Virus record (IMG/VR): IMGVR_UViG_3300033143_002805
Span: 1 to 54,888 of that record
Direction: 5' to 3' (one strand)
Length of the DNA stretch: 54,888 nucleotides
From: a virus
Taxonomy: Duplodnaviria > Caudoviricetes
Position numbers and translations under genes: made by a program. Under the pieces are notes generated by a model. The model was given only the letters and a program-made list of their open reading frames with translations. It had not been told where the DNA came from and ran no database searches. Positions 36,984 to 46,620 of this stretch are shown in pieces; positions within the stretch are counted from its first letter, which is position 1, and each line of letters begins with the position of its first letter.

Positions 36984-37512
36984 ATGAGACTAGACCACAT
37001 AGCATATCGAGTCCCTAACAGGGACGAGACTGTAGAGCATCTCAACAAAATGTTTGGGTATCATGTTGAAGAAGAATTTACTATTGACTTTGATAATGGC
37101 TCCAAGGCAAAGTGTAAGGCACTTACCGCATTGACTGATATGCACGAATTTATAGAGGGAATGCCAGAAGTTTTTGTGAATGCCAGAAGTTTTTGTGTCA
37201 GAGGGAAGTCCCGGCTCCATAGTAGAGAAGTGGATTCAAAACACTCCCAACGGTCAGGGTGGCATCCACCACCTAGCCTATAAGGTTGACGACATAGATC
37301 CTATCGTAAAGCAATGGAAAGATAGGGGCATAGAGTTCCTAACTGAGGATGTTATTGACTGCCCCGATGACGACCTGAGACAGATATTTACTAAGCCGCA
37401 ACCGCTGCTTGGCGGCGTTATTATCGAACTGATTGAGCGTGGAGATAAGGGATTCTGCCAGAACTCTGTTAAAAACTTAATGGAAGCTACAGATGAAAAT
37501 AGAGACAAGTAA
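36984..37512 (+). pseudogene. VOC/glyoxalase (HPPD-like) protein frameshifted by a 19-bp tandem duplication
   Basis: RLDHIAYRV in the first part; GGIHHLAY.V.DI, LRQIFT, IELIER in the second; removing one repeat unit joins the frames (169 aa). Confidence 0.8.
37159..37196. repeat. 19-bp tandem duplication GAATGCCAGAAGTTTTTGT x2
   Basis: Exact adjacent copies at 37159-37177 and 37178-37196. Confidence 0.95.
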
Positions 37513-37554
37513 AAGCCTGTGTACGTTTTTCGCCTTAACCAACTTAGGACTGTT

Positions 37555-37564
37555 CGCATATAAT
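37555..37564 (+). promoter_or_regulatory. Candidate promoter CGCATATAAT
   Basis: Intergenic, upstream of dnaE-C. Confidence 0.45.
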
Positions 37565-37641
37565 GGACTAGCATTGAATTTATATATTGGAATAGTTATG
37601 GTTGTGTGGGTTGTTGTACTAGAGTTTATAGGGAAACATTA

Positions 37642-39267
37642 ATGAAGGAAACAGTAACATTTGATTGCGGCTGTACCTTTAATGTTAACGAGAAAGGTCT
37701 GCCAGTATTCGAACCATATCTAGATAAGATCAGACTGACCTGTCCTGCTACTTGGGACATGATCTGCGAAGGTAACACTAAGGGCGTCTTTCAGCTAGAG
37801 TCACAGCTAGGTCAAAGTATGGCCTCTCAAACTGCTCCTCGACATATGGAAGAGCTGTCAGACCTCATTAGCATCATGCGACCTGGATGTCTTGAGGCTA
37901 TAGTAGAGGGAAAGAACCTGTCCACTCACTACATAGACCGCAAAGCTGGACGTGATTCAGTTAGCTACTTTCACCCTGCCTTGGAGCCAATCCTTGAGAA
38001 TACATACGGCATCCTGGTATATCAAGAGCAGGCCCTAGGCATTGCTAGGCAAATCGCGGGGTATAATTTACAGGAAGCGGAGCTACTGAGGAAAGCCATT
38101 GGTAAGAAGAAGATTCAACTTATGGCTAAGGTTAAAGCCGAGTTCTTTGACAAGGCTGTGGGCTTCGGAATCATTAATCTAGAAGAAGCAGAGGAAATAT
38201 TTAGCTGGATTGAGAAATCTCAACGGTACTCATTTAATAAAAGTCACGCTATAGCCTATGCTCATAACGGCTACCTAACAGCTTTTACAAAAGCCCACTT
38301 TCCCCTGGCCTTTTTTACCGCTTGGTTGCGACACGCGAAGGGAAAGCAAAACCCGCACATGGAAATTCAAGACCTTGTGAACAATGCTCGCCTGATGGAC
38401 ATTGATATCGTTCCTCCGAGTATTTTGAACATGAATCGAGTATTTAAATTAATTGATAACAAACCTACGTACGGAATTACTGACATAAAAAGAGTAGGCA
38501 GTTCAGTTTTCGACCAAATTCGTGGTGTAATAAAGAACAACAAATATGATTTAGCGGGATTTACCTGGGACGTGTTCCTGATGAAGATGGGGCGAATCAT
38601 TAAATCTGACTCCTTTAAAGCTATAATATTGGCTGGGGCCTTAGACTGCTATAAAGTTTCTCGTATGAAGATGATATATGATCTGGAGTTGTATCGAGAG
38701 TTTAGAGATTCTGACCGTAAATACCTAGAGACTGTAAAATGCAGTACATTTAAAGACGGCCTAGAACAAATCTTAACCAAAAAGATACCTCACGAAAGAC
38801 GCACAGCTCACACAGACCGCTTTATTGAACTTACCCGTAGCTCCATGAGAGCGTTAGACAACCCGCCTTATCAACTGGTAGACAGCCCCGCCTGGATAGC
38901 TAAGCAGGAGCGAGAGTATCTAGGTATCGCCTTGACATGTACTGAGATTGACGAGCACGATATCGGTGACGCCAACTGTACCTGTCGAGATTATGCACAA
39001 GGATTTAGTTCTCACTCTATTGCTATAGCTGTTAAGGTAGATGACTTGCGAGAATGGAAAATCAAAAAAGGAAAGAGCAAAGGAGAAACAATGGCTTTCT
39101 TAAAAGTGAGTGATGGAACATGCTCCTTAGATAACGTAACTATGTTCCCAGAAGCTTGGGAGAGGTACTGTCAAGACATACGTATTGGAAGTTTGCTATT
39201 GCTGCGAGGACAACGCGATAAGAATCGTGGAAGTTTTCTAGTAATGCGTGTTAAAAAGTTAACGTAA
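37642..39267 (+). CDS. dnaE: DNA polymerase III alpha, C-terminal half (fingers, HhH, OB)
   Basis: GNTKGVFQLES, RPG, TYGILVYQEQ, LRKAIGKK, YSFNKSHA..Y, MAFL..SD. Confidence 0.92.
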   Translation: MKETVTFDCGCTFNVNEKGLPVFEPYLDKIRLTCPATWDMICEGNTKGVFQLESQLGQSMASQTAPRHMEELSDLISIMRPGCLEAIVEGKNLSTHYIDRKAGRDSVSYFHPALEPILENTYGILVYQEQALGIARQIAGYNLQEAELLRKAIGKKKIQLMAKVKAEFFDKAVGFGIINLEEAEEIFSWIEKSQRYSFNKSHAIAYAHNGYLTAFTKAHFPLAFFTAWLRHAKGKQNPHMEIQDLVNNARLMDIDIVPPSILNMNRVFKLIDNKPTYGITDIKRVGSSVFDQIRGVIKNNKYDLAGFTWDVFLMKMGRIIKSDSFKAIILAGALDCYKVSRMKMIYDLELYREFRDSDRKYLETVKCSTFKDGLEQILTKKIPHERRTAHTDRFIELTRSSMRALDNPPYQLVDSPAWIAKQEREYLGIALTCTEIDEHDIGDANCTCRDYAQGFSSHSIAIAVKVDDLREWKIKKGKSKGETMAFLKVSDGTCSLDNVTMFPEAWERYCQDIRIGSLLLLRGQRDKNRGSFLVMRVKKLT

Positions 39268-39277
39268 CGTATATAAT
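39268..39277 (+). promoter_or_regulatory. Candidate promoter CGTATATAAT
   Basis: Directly before the sigma gene; TATAATAAGG also occurs at 1838. Confidence 0.45.
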
Positions 39278-39288
39278 AAGGATGTATA

Positions 39289-39735
39289 ATGGATAAATTA
39301 ATTGAGCAACACATGCCCCTTGTGGCATCCATAGTCAATAATTTTGAACCCAAAAACAATACCGAACGAGAGGACTTACTAGATGCGGGACGAATTGGGC
39401 TCTGGAAAGCATTGCGAAAGTTCGATCCCGCTCATGGCAGTATGGTCTCTACCTATGCGTGGCGACCTATTCAATGGGCCATTATCCGTGAAATTAAAAA
39501 CAGACAGCGTAACGTGTCTCTAGATGATGTTGCACCCCCTTCTGTTAGAACCCCCGAAAGGATATGGGAGTACTACCCTAGCGACATGACTGACCAAGAA
39601 AAGCAGTTAATTGAGCTGCGATGCGAAGGGTATAAGTTTCGCGAGATATGCGAGATAGTTAATGAGACACCTTCCACGGTAAAAAACCGCTTCTATAAGG
39701 CGATAAGGAAAATCAAAGAAGGAAACCATGCATAG
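39289..39735 (+). CDS. Sigma-70 family sigma factor (regions 2 and 4)
   Basis: LVASIV..EDLL..G.IGLWKA..KFDP..STYA; region 4 HTH GYKFREI..TVKNR. Confidence 0.88.
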   Translation: MDKLIEQHMPLVASIVNNFEPKNNTEREDLLDAGRIGLWKALRKFDPAHGSMVSTYAWRPIQWAIIREIKNRQRNVSLDDVAPPSVRTPERIWEYYPSDMTDQEKQLIELRCEGYKFREICEIVNETPSTVKNRFYKAIRKIKEGNHA

Positions 39736-41383
39736 AAAGCCTAGAGTATTATTTGTATCCGAATCAGACAAGCTAGCTTCGGGCTTTGGAGTATACTCTC
39801 ATGAGGTTCTTAAGCGGCTACATGCTACAGGAAAATATGAGCTCGCGGAATTGGCCTGTTATGGGGCACCCACCTCCTTTCAGAATACCGACTGGCTAAC
39901 ATATGGTGTGGCACCGATGGCCGGTGAGGACGAATATAATAAGGAGCACACTAATAACCCACAAGTCCAGTGGGGTATAGTCCGTTTTGAGAGAGTTTGT
40001 CTAGACTTCAAGCCAGATATTGTGATAACTTACCGTGACCCTTGGATGGATGCCTATATCGCTGATAGTCCATTCCTTCCCTTTTTTCATTGGGTTTGGA
40101 TGCCTACTATTGACTCTGAACCACAAAAGCTAGAATGGTTATATCAACTCTTTAACCGTTGTGATGGTCTTCTAGCTTATTCTGAATATGGAATACGAGC
40201 ATTAGATCGGCAGACTAACGGTCGCCTCAAACCTGTGGGCTGTGCCTCTCCTGCGATTGACCCCAAAGTATTTGTAATGGCCCCGAACAAAGAGAAGCAC
40301 AAAGAAGCTTATGGTCTAGACGGAGACAGTTTTATAGTTGGAACTGTTATGAGAAATCAGAAACGTAAGATGTTTCCTGAACTAATGAGAGCCTTCAAGC
40401 AATACCTTGATATGGCTCCTAAAGAACTAGCTGACAAGTCCTTCCTATATTTACACACTAGCTATCCTGAAAAACATGGATGGGATATAACGTCTCTAAT
40501 ACACGAGTACAAACTAGGGTCTAAGGCTATATGCACATACAAGTGTAGACACTGCAAGAAGTTCTTTGTTGCTCACTATCGCGATGCTATTACAGTTTGT
40601 AGATTCTGTAAAAACCACAGTGCTGTATTGCCTGGGGTTTCTAATGGAGTGGAAAGAGATGAATTAGTTCAGATTTTTAATCTCATGGATCTCTATGTGC
40701 AGTATGCAATTTGCGAGGGTTTCGGCATGCCAGCCGTAGAGGCAGCTGCGTGTGGAGTACCTGTCGCAGCAGTAGATTATAGTGCCATGGAAGACGTGGT
40801 TAGAGCTGTTAAAGGATATCCTGTTACTCCTGCTCTATCCCGAGAACTAGAAACGAATGCGGATCGTTCGGGACCGAACAATGATGATCTGGCTCAAATT
40901 ATGCTTTCCTGTGCCAAGCAAAGTAAAGAAAAATATAAGAAACATCGCCTCGAAACCCGCAAGGGATGTATTGATCGCTATACGTGGGACAATGCTTCTA
41001 AGTCATGGGAAAACTATCTAGATAAAGTAGTACAAAAAAGCCTGGAAGGGAAGTGGGACTCTCCGCCGACAATGCGACCTCTTCCCGATAAGGCCCCAGC
41101 TGATCTAAGTCATCATCAATTCGTAGAGTGGGTCTGTACAGCACTATTACAAGATCAGTATTCGGCGTTCAATTATCGAATGTTAGTTCTAGCTCGCAAT
41201 CTTAACTTTGGGGCCAACTTTGGTGCGGGATTTATCTCTCCATGTACGCAAGAATCTGTCTTTAAGGAAATGCTTCCACTAGCTCAACGCCGGTTCCTAT
41301 TTGATGCACTGCGGGTGGGCTCTTTACAGGAAAATCCTCATCAATTCATAGTAGAGGCACATGGGAGATTAAAAAAATCATGA
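39728..41383 (+). CDS. GT4 glycosyltransferase with Zn-finger insertion
   Basis: SGFG, RNQKRK, EGFGMP.VEAAACGVP; CRHC..CRFC insert. Confidence 0.85.
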   Translation: MHRKPRVLFVSESDKLASGFGVYSHEVLKRLHATGKYELAELACYGAPTSFQNTDWLTYGVAPMAGEDEYNKEHTNNPQVQWGIVRFERVCLDFKPDIVITYRDPWMDAYIADSPFLPFFHWVWMPTIDSEPQKLEWLYQLFNRCDGLLAYSEYGIRALDRQTNGRLKPVGCASPAIDPKVFVMAPNKEKHKEAYGLDGDSFIVGTVMRNQKRKMFPELMRAFKQYLDMAPKELADKSFLYLHTSYPEKHGWDITSLIHEYKLGSKAICTYKCRHCKKFFVAHYRDAITVCRFCKNHSAVLPGVSNGVERDELVQIFNLMDLYVQYAICEGFGMPAVEAAACGVPVAAVDYSAMEDVVRAVKGYPVTPALSRELETNADRSGPNNDDLAQIMLSCAKQSKEKYKKHRLETRKGCIDRYTWDNASKSWENYLDKVVQKSLEGKWDSPPTMRPLPDKAPADLSHHQFVEWVCTALLQDQYSAFNYRMLVLARNLNFGANFGAGFISPCTQESVFKEMLPLAQRRFLFDALRVGSLQENPHQFIVEAHGRLKKS

Positions 41384-42447
41384 TAGACGTGCTCTATGTT
41401 GGACCATACCGACAGAATGACGAATGGGGTTATACCAGTAAAGCTGTTGCTACTTTACTAGCTGCACAAGATATCAATTTGGTATTGCGGCCAGTCTGGT
41501 TTACACCAGAAACTCAAGCTCAAGATGTGGAACACATAGAAGAATATGAATACAATGCGTTATCTACCAGGGATATTTTAATACAACACGGTCTACCGTC
41601 ATATATTAATTACAACGGAGACTTCAAAACAAATATTGCTATTCTATCGGTAGATAGTCGTATTGATAATACAGAATGGATAACCCATCTTCGACTAATG
41701 GACAAGATAATTGTCTTCTCTCACAGCGAAGCGAAGCTACTCTCAGATTCGGGACTCGACTCAGCCAAAATTTTTGCCTTTGAGTTTCCTCCATTCTTTT
41801 TGACTTCAAAAACTTCTGATCTAAATCTTGATTTGAAGGGGACGATTTTCTATACTACGGGATCGTTAGATATCAAGTCTGGACTAACGGAAATACTAAC
41901 AGCATATCTCTCAGCATTTAGTATCGCAGATCCCGTTCATCTTATAGTTTGTACCAATCAATCCGAGGCAGTACAAGAGAAGGTTGGCGAAATCAAGAAG
42001 CAGCTAAGCATTTATTCTGTTAGCGAGTATTATCCAAACATAGTTGTTGTAGGGACTACCGCTACAGAGGTCATTAATCATGTTCATCAAATTGGCGATT
42101 TTTTCATAGACGTATCCTACAATGCTATTCCTAATCAAGACCTATTGCGTGCCGTTGTAGCAGATAGCATCCCAATTCTACCAGACAATATTGATATCAA
42201 GGTAGACTATCTTGCCGTTAAAACGTATGACGACTTATGCGTCTACCCTGCTCGCCCGGTTGCAGACTTGTGGAGCGGTGAGTTTACATGGACAAAGCCG
42301 AATATCTCACACCTGAAATATAAAATGCAACAGGCTATATCGACAGAGATAAATTTAGAAGAAATACATCAGTCTCTTCGTTCGTTTCAAGAAACACTGT
42401 TCACTAAGCCGAGCGAAAGAATGAAGGTCATCCTATGTACCAACTAG
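41380..42447 (+). CDS. Divergent GT-B glycosyltransferase-like protein
   Basis: Layout similar to 3640..4719 (FYTTG....KSG..L.AY..AF; W..P....L); catalytic E-x7-E not evident. Confidence 0.6.
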   Translation: MIDVLYVGPYRQNDEWGYTSKAVATLLAAQDINLVLRPVWFTPETQAQDVEHIEEYEYNALSTRDILIQHGLPSYINYNGDFKTNIAILSVDSRIDNTEWITHLRLMDKIIVFSHSEAKLLSDSGLDSAKIFAFEFPPFFLTSKTSDLNLDLKGTIFYTTGSLDIKSGLTEILTAYLSAFSIADPVHLIVCTNQSEAVQEKVGEIKKQLSIYSVSEYYPNIVVVGTTATEVINHVHQIGDFFIDVSYNAIPNQDLLRAVVADSIPILPDNIDIKVDYLAVKTYDDLCVYPARPVADLWSGEFTWTKPNISHLKYKMQQAISTEINLEEIHQSLRSFQETLFTKPSERMKVILCTN

Positions 42448-43382
42448 AAAATATAATACGTTCCACTACTCGCACAGATAAGGACCGATTAAATATTCTA
42501 CTCTTTTGTGATAACGAGGAAGACTATATAATCCAGCTATGCAAGACCAACCATAACTTCTATATATTTACTGGACTCTATGCATCACAATGGAAACGAG
42601 CCAAGGAACACACTCCGCTTAACCTACATATACTGCAGACCCCAACCTTAGCATGTAATAGAGCTTACGATTTAATGATTGTATTCAATAGGTTGGGACA
42701 GTGGGAAAAGGCTGCGGATATTTCACAGGCATGGCATGTCCCTCTAATGGTTGTGGATATGACTAACTTTCAAACAAAAATCCAACATCCATTTTTTACC
42801 AACTTTCATATTGACAAGCCCGAAGTACTGCATAATCGTGGTGGCTGTATTTCTATTGCATCTAGCGAATTTGCCACCAATACATGGACTTCTCAGAATT
42901 CAATGCTATCTGCTACAATCAATATGCCACACAATGATGTTAATCGAACAGTTACTATAAAAGACAATAATCAAATTGCAGTTGACGTCGATCTTCCACA
43001 GCAATATATAAATAGTCTTCCTATTTCGTTAGATGATCGAGTTTTTACCCAGCTACTGTCAAAGTCTTGCTTCTATCTTCATCTGTGGCAAACAATAACC
43101 CCCAAAATGTTAGAAGCGATGGCTCTGGGAATCCCGGTCATCACCTTTAAAAGTGTAGACTTTCAAGAGCTTATGCAACAACAGGCAATCATCTTAATTG
43201 AAGACATAGGCATCATGGCACAACCCGCTATTGTTAATGAACTAAAACAATTTAAAAAGAACGGAGATATTATCTCCAACGCCAAACGAATAGTTCTTGC
43301 GGATCACGGTTCAGACGCATTTGTTGAATCTTGGACTAAAGTATTCGAGTACAGCAGAAACTTATTCTATACACGAGGATGA
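42435..43382 (+). CDS. Divergent glycosyltransferase-like protein
   Basis: LEAMALGIPVIT motif; F...W..VF C-terminus. Confidence 0.6.
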   Translation: MYQLENIIRSTTRTDKDRLNILLFCDNEEDYIIQLCKTNHNFYIFTGLYASQWKRAKEHTPLNLHILQTPTLACNRAYDLMIVFNRLGQWEKAADISQAWHVPLMVVDMTNFQTKIQHPFFTNFHIDKPEVLHNRGGCISIASSEFATNTWTSQNSMLSATINMPHNDVNRTVTIKDNNQIAVDVDLPQQYINSLPISLDDRVFTQLLSKSCFYLHLWQTITPKMLEAMALGIPVITFKSVDFQELMQQQAIILIEDIGIMAQPAIVNELKQFKKNGDIISNAKRIVLADHGSDAFVESWTKVFEYSRNLFYTRG

Positions 43383-43780
43383 TAAAAATGCATAAAGAAA
43401 TTAGGCTAACAGTTATTAAACAAACTGAAAGTGATCTGGTAGAGGCTGAATTTTTTGATGCTCCCGACTCATTCTTCACTAGTATTACAGTACAGGACGT
43501 ACTAGAGATGTCTGACAAGTTAGATATTATAGATCTAGTGGCAGCCAAGGTCCGTAAAAACGGTACTCTAACATTAGAAGGTATTGACGCATTAGATGTA
43601 TGTCGGCGTGTCCATTATGGAGTAATGACGCTCACTAGTGCCGCAAACGATTTTTTCACTAAAACCAAAAACTTGAATTCCGTAGCCACTCTCAAGGATT
43701 ACTTTATCAAAAAGCAGTGGAAGGTTAATTTTGCGAGCCTAAAAGATGGTCGTTACCTATTGGAGGTTGTGAGAAAATGA
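43379..43780 (+). CDS. Hypothetical protein, possible degenerate methyltransferase fold
   Basis: I.V.DVLE..KVRKNG.L.L..D resembles the C-terminal half of class I MTases. Confidence 0.45.
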   Translation: MIKMHKEIRLTVIKQTESDLVEAEFFDAPDSFFTSITVQDVLEMSDKLDIIDLVAAKVRKNGTLTLEGIDALDVCRRVHYGVMTLTSAANDFFTKTKNLNSVATLKDYFIKKQWKVNFASLKDGRYLLEVVRK

Positions 43781-44625
43781 CAGATCAAAAAACAGAGGGG
43801 CCGATAGTCAGTGCAACTCATACCACATGTAAAAACTGTGTCTTTGCAGAATTTAAAGACAACGTGCAAGTAGCCTGTAGTTTGCATAAGATCCAAGACT
43901 ATCGTGATGCTGGCATCGAAGTACTAGAGGTGTTCGACGACGATGATCGTGAATTCTTCTTGATTAATGGTAGGTTCTGTCTGTTTTATAGAAACGAGCA
44001 GATTATGGAACGACATCCTAGGAATACATGGGAAAAAATTGCCAAGCTAACTACCAAGGTTCCATACCATGTGCTAGTTTTCTTCGAAGAACACCATAGC
44101 TTTCCTGATATAAAAAAGATCTTGCAAAAATTAGAAAATCAAGAGATACCACCTAACCTTGTAACTGTAGTTAATAAACAGTACCAATCATATATAAAGG
44201 CTCCCGACAAGTATGTTAAGCCCAGCTTACTACTAGAGTTATTGGGTAACTGTAAATTTCACCAGTACAATCTCAAGAACATCTACAATTCTGAACTTAG
44301 CGATAGAGCTATCATTGATTTAGTTTTTGATGTGGCGGGAAAACTACCCTATCCGTTCTACGTTACTTTTAGAGCAGGGTTCGATGTTCCCCTGGCCTTT
44401 AGTACTGAGCTAAATAATGCAGTACTTATTAAAATGATGCAAATAGGAGTTGGTTCTCCCGTAGATGACTTGAACGGAATGATAGTCAATCGAACGGCTC
44501 ATAAGAAACACGGTGGAAACGCTTTCGGAATTCATCTTGAGGATAAGATAACAAAATATGAAGAGAATGCACATAAATTTTTATATGAGGCAGTTGCCAT
44601 ATGTCCAAGTCTAAAAACAAAATAA
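43777..44625 (+). CDS. Hypothetical protein with Cys-containing N-terminus
   Basis: TTCKNCVFA..C..C; coupled ORF. Confidence 0.7.
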   Translation: MTDQKTEGPIVSATHTTCKNCVFAEFKDNVQVACSLHKIQDYRDAGIEVLEVFDDDDREFFLINGRFCLFYRNEQIMERHPRNTWEKIAKLTTKVPYHVLVFFEEHHSFPDIKKILQKLENQEIPPNLVTVVNKQYQSYIKAPDKYVKPSLLLELLGNCKFHQYNLKNIYNSELSDRAIIDLVFDVAGKLPYPFYVTFRAGFDVPLAFSTELNNAVLIKMMQIGVGSPVDDLNGMIVNRTAHKKHGGNAFGIHLEDKITKYEENAHKFLYEAVAICPSLKTK

Positions 44626-45074
44626 CTTTCATTGTCAATAATGATTTCGACATCCCCGAGAGTTTTAATGTAATACGCAATACCGACAACTTACCTGAGA
44701 CACAATTCTTTAATAAAGTATTGGCAGAGACATTTAACTCATTACTTCCGCTTAATGTGGTCGCGTTGATCTGCAACAATACAGAGCTTATCAATCCCCA
44801 TACAGAAGAAATAATTATGTCGCTTTTTGAATTCTATTCCGAAATAGGCTTCGTATACACAGACGCTCTTATTGTGAATCAAGGTGTCGAATTTATAGAC
44901 TATTTCAGCGGACTAAGCCTGCCAAACGAAAGCTTTTTTCTAAACTTGACAGTCCCACTACAACTAAACAATACAGAACAAAGTAAGATTGGAGCAATGA
45001 ATCAACTTCTGTCAACGGGAAAAACGTTTATTCATCTTCCCGATCCTTTGATAAAAGTTTATCATCAACTATGA
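44601..45074 (+). CDS. Degenerate GT2-like protein
   Basis: IGFVYTD and FIHLPDPL resemble GT-A motifs; no DxD. Confidence 0.45.
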   Translation: MSKSKNKITFIVNNDFDIPESFNVIRNTDNLPETQFFNKVLAETFNSLLPLNVVALICNNTELINPHTEEIIMSLFEFYSEIGFVYTDALIVNQGVEFIDYFSGLSLPNESFFLNLTVPLQLNNTEQSKIGAMNQLLSTGKTFIHLPDPLIKVYHQL

Positions 45075-45775
45075 GTGTCCGACACATAAAGGTTATTTCT
45101 GAACCCACTCAAATAGATATTATTATTCCTGCTGCGGGGCTTGGGCGTCGTATGAAATCATGTGGACCTAAACCACTAATCTCTATTAAGCCCAACACAA
45201 CTATTATTGAGAACCAGCTAAAAATATTCAAAAAGATAGTACCTAATTCCAATATTATTCTGGTGACCGGATTTGAATCAGATAGGTTAATGAACCAAAC
45301 GCCCGACTCACTGATTAAGGTAGAGAACGAGCGATACGCCGAGACAAATGTAGTTCGCAGTATTGGTATGGGACTAAGGGCCTGTAAGAATGATGTCCTA
45401 ATAGTCTATGGAGATTTAATTTTCAACGACTTCGCGATCCAGGCTCTAGACTTTAACAACTCCTGCATCCTGGTTGGCAATGAGATTATGAACGATAAAG
45501 AGGTTGGCTGCATTGTTAATAGTCGTGGATCAGTAGAGAATATGATGTATGATCTTCCAGTCAAGTGGGGTCAAATCTCTTTCTTCAGGGGACGAGAGCT
45601 AAATCTGCTAAAACAAATCTGCTGGAATCCACAAAGCTATGGGCTGTTCGGCTTTGAAGCCTTTAACTACATTATTGCTAATGGCGGCAAACTAGCTGGA
45701 TGCTACAATAAAAAAGCCCGAGTAATTGACATTGACACTAATAAGGACTTAGAAAAGGTAGGAACAGTTTTATGA
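45071..45775 (+). CDS. NTP transferase (sugar/choline-phosphate nucleotidyltransferase)
   Basis: IIPAAGLGRRM....PKPL, YGDL, IDIDT..DL. Confidence 0.88.
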   Translation: MSVRHIKVISEPTQIDIIIPAAGLGRRMKSCGPKPLISIKPNTTIIENQLKIFKKIVPNSNIILVTGFESDRLMNQTPDSLIKVENERYAETNVVRSIGMGLRACKNDVLIVYGDLIFNDFAIQALDFNNSCILVGNEIMNDKEVGCIVNSRGSVENMMYDLPVKWGQISFFRGRELNLLKQICWNPQSYGLFGFEAFNYIIANGGKLAGCYNKKARVIDIDTNKDLEKVGTVL

Positions 45776-46620
45776 AAATATTTGTATCCCAGCACGACGA
45801 CATACGAATAGGGGGTCTCGTGCAAGCCCTTAAGAGTGTTGTTCCAACTACCTTCTATTGGTCCAAAAAAGATAAACCACTATTTGATTTGATTGAAGAA
45901 GAAGAGCCGACTATTATCTTTTATCATGATGGAGATGCCGCTGATAGTACTATCGAGTATGCTCAGGCTGAATATCCCGGTATCAAGTTTGTGTATATGC
46001 AATTTCTGCCTACTTTAAGTAAAGCTAAACCTAGCCTGACACTTGCTATGGACCCGTCCCTTGTTATAGACGGCTCGCTTCCCATAGATTATCGAACCAA
46101 TCTAATAGAGATGGAGGGCGGGGTAAAGCAGGGGATGTTTACTACGGAGGTATTAATTTTAACAGATCAAGTGGATGCTAGAATCGATTTCCATCTATTG
46201 ACATTAAGAGCTCTTGGTTACCAATTTCAAACGAAAATGTATGGAAATAATAAAGTAAATCTTCCCAACTACTTGGGACGACTTCGCAAAGAAAGCTATC
46301 GCCATGCCTTAGCCTCTGCTCGCGTCTTGGTAGCGTTCGATAGCTCTAGATACTATGATGCTTGTTATCATAACTGTATTCCTTTGGTTTTTAAGGAAAA
46401 AAAGACAACAGAGCTTGGTGCCTATGAGTTTTCCAGTCTGTCTGGTCTATTAGAGAAGTGTAAGGTAGCGATTGAAGCGGTGAATCCTGAGTTATCTCAC
46501 CACGCCTCAGAATATACATATCATCATTACCTAATAGATATTTTTCGTTTACTCCAAGAAGAGACTATAGTTGATGCGTTGATACAATACCTAGAACAGA
46601 GAAAGGTAGTAGCCTCATGA
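45772..46620 (+). CDS. Hypothetical protein, possibly CgeB/GT-like
   Basis: YLG.L..Y..ALAS and H...YTY.H patterns; coupled ORF. Confidence 0.5.
   Translation: MKIFVSQHDDIRIGGLVQALKSVVPTTFYWSKKDKPLFDLIEEEEPTIIFYHDGDAADSTIEYAQAEYPGIKFVYMQFLPTLSKAKPSLTLAMDPSLVIDGSLPIDYRTNLIEMEGGVKQGMFTTEVLILTDQVDARIDFHLLTLRALGYQFQTKMYGNNKVNLPNYLGRLRKESYRHALASARVLVAFDSSRYYDACYHNCIPLVFKEKKTTELGAYEFSSLSGLLEKCKVAIEAVNPELSHHASEYTYHHYLIDIFRLLQEETIVDALIQYLEQRKVVAS

Larger units (their letters stand above)
34692..36990 (+). repeat. Eight copies of a gene-junction motif (R-rich)TTGAYA(A)ATG
   Basis: Motif ATGs at 34702, 35594, 35833, 36023, 36203, 36628, 36807, 36984; three copies continue AGTTCTGACGAAC. Confidence 0.9.

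Noticed and set aside
34692-36990. CRISPR array or integron attC sites
   Set aside because: Spacing is 177-892 nt and protein-coding; the repeats are degenerate and not palindromic; no cas1 or intI in the window.
32760-37760. Trans-splicing split intein or group I/II intron in dnaE
   Set aside because: No intein N- or C-terminal motifs at the ends of the halves; the gap is filled with ordinary genes and no intron core or maturase was recognised.
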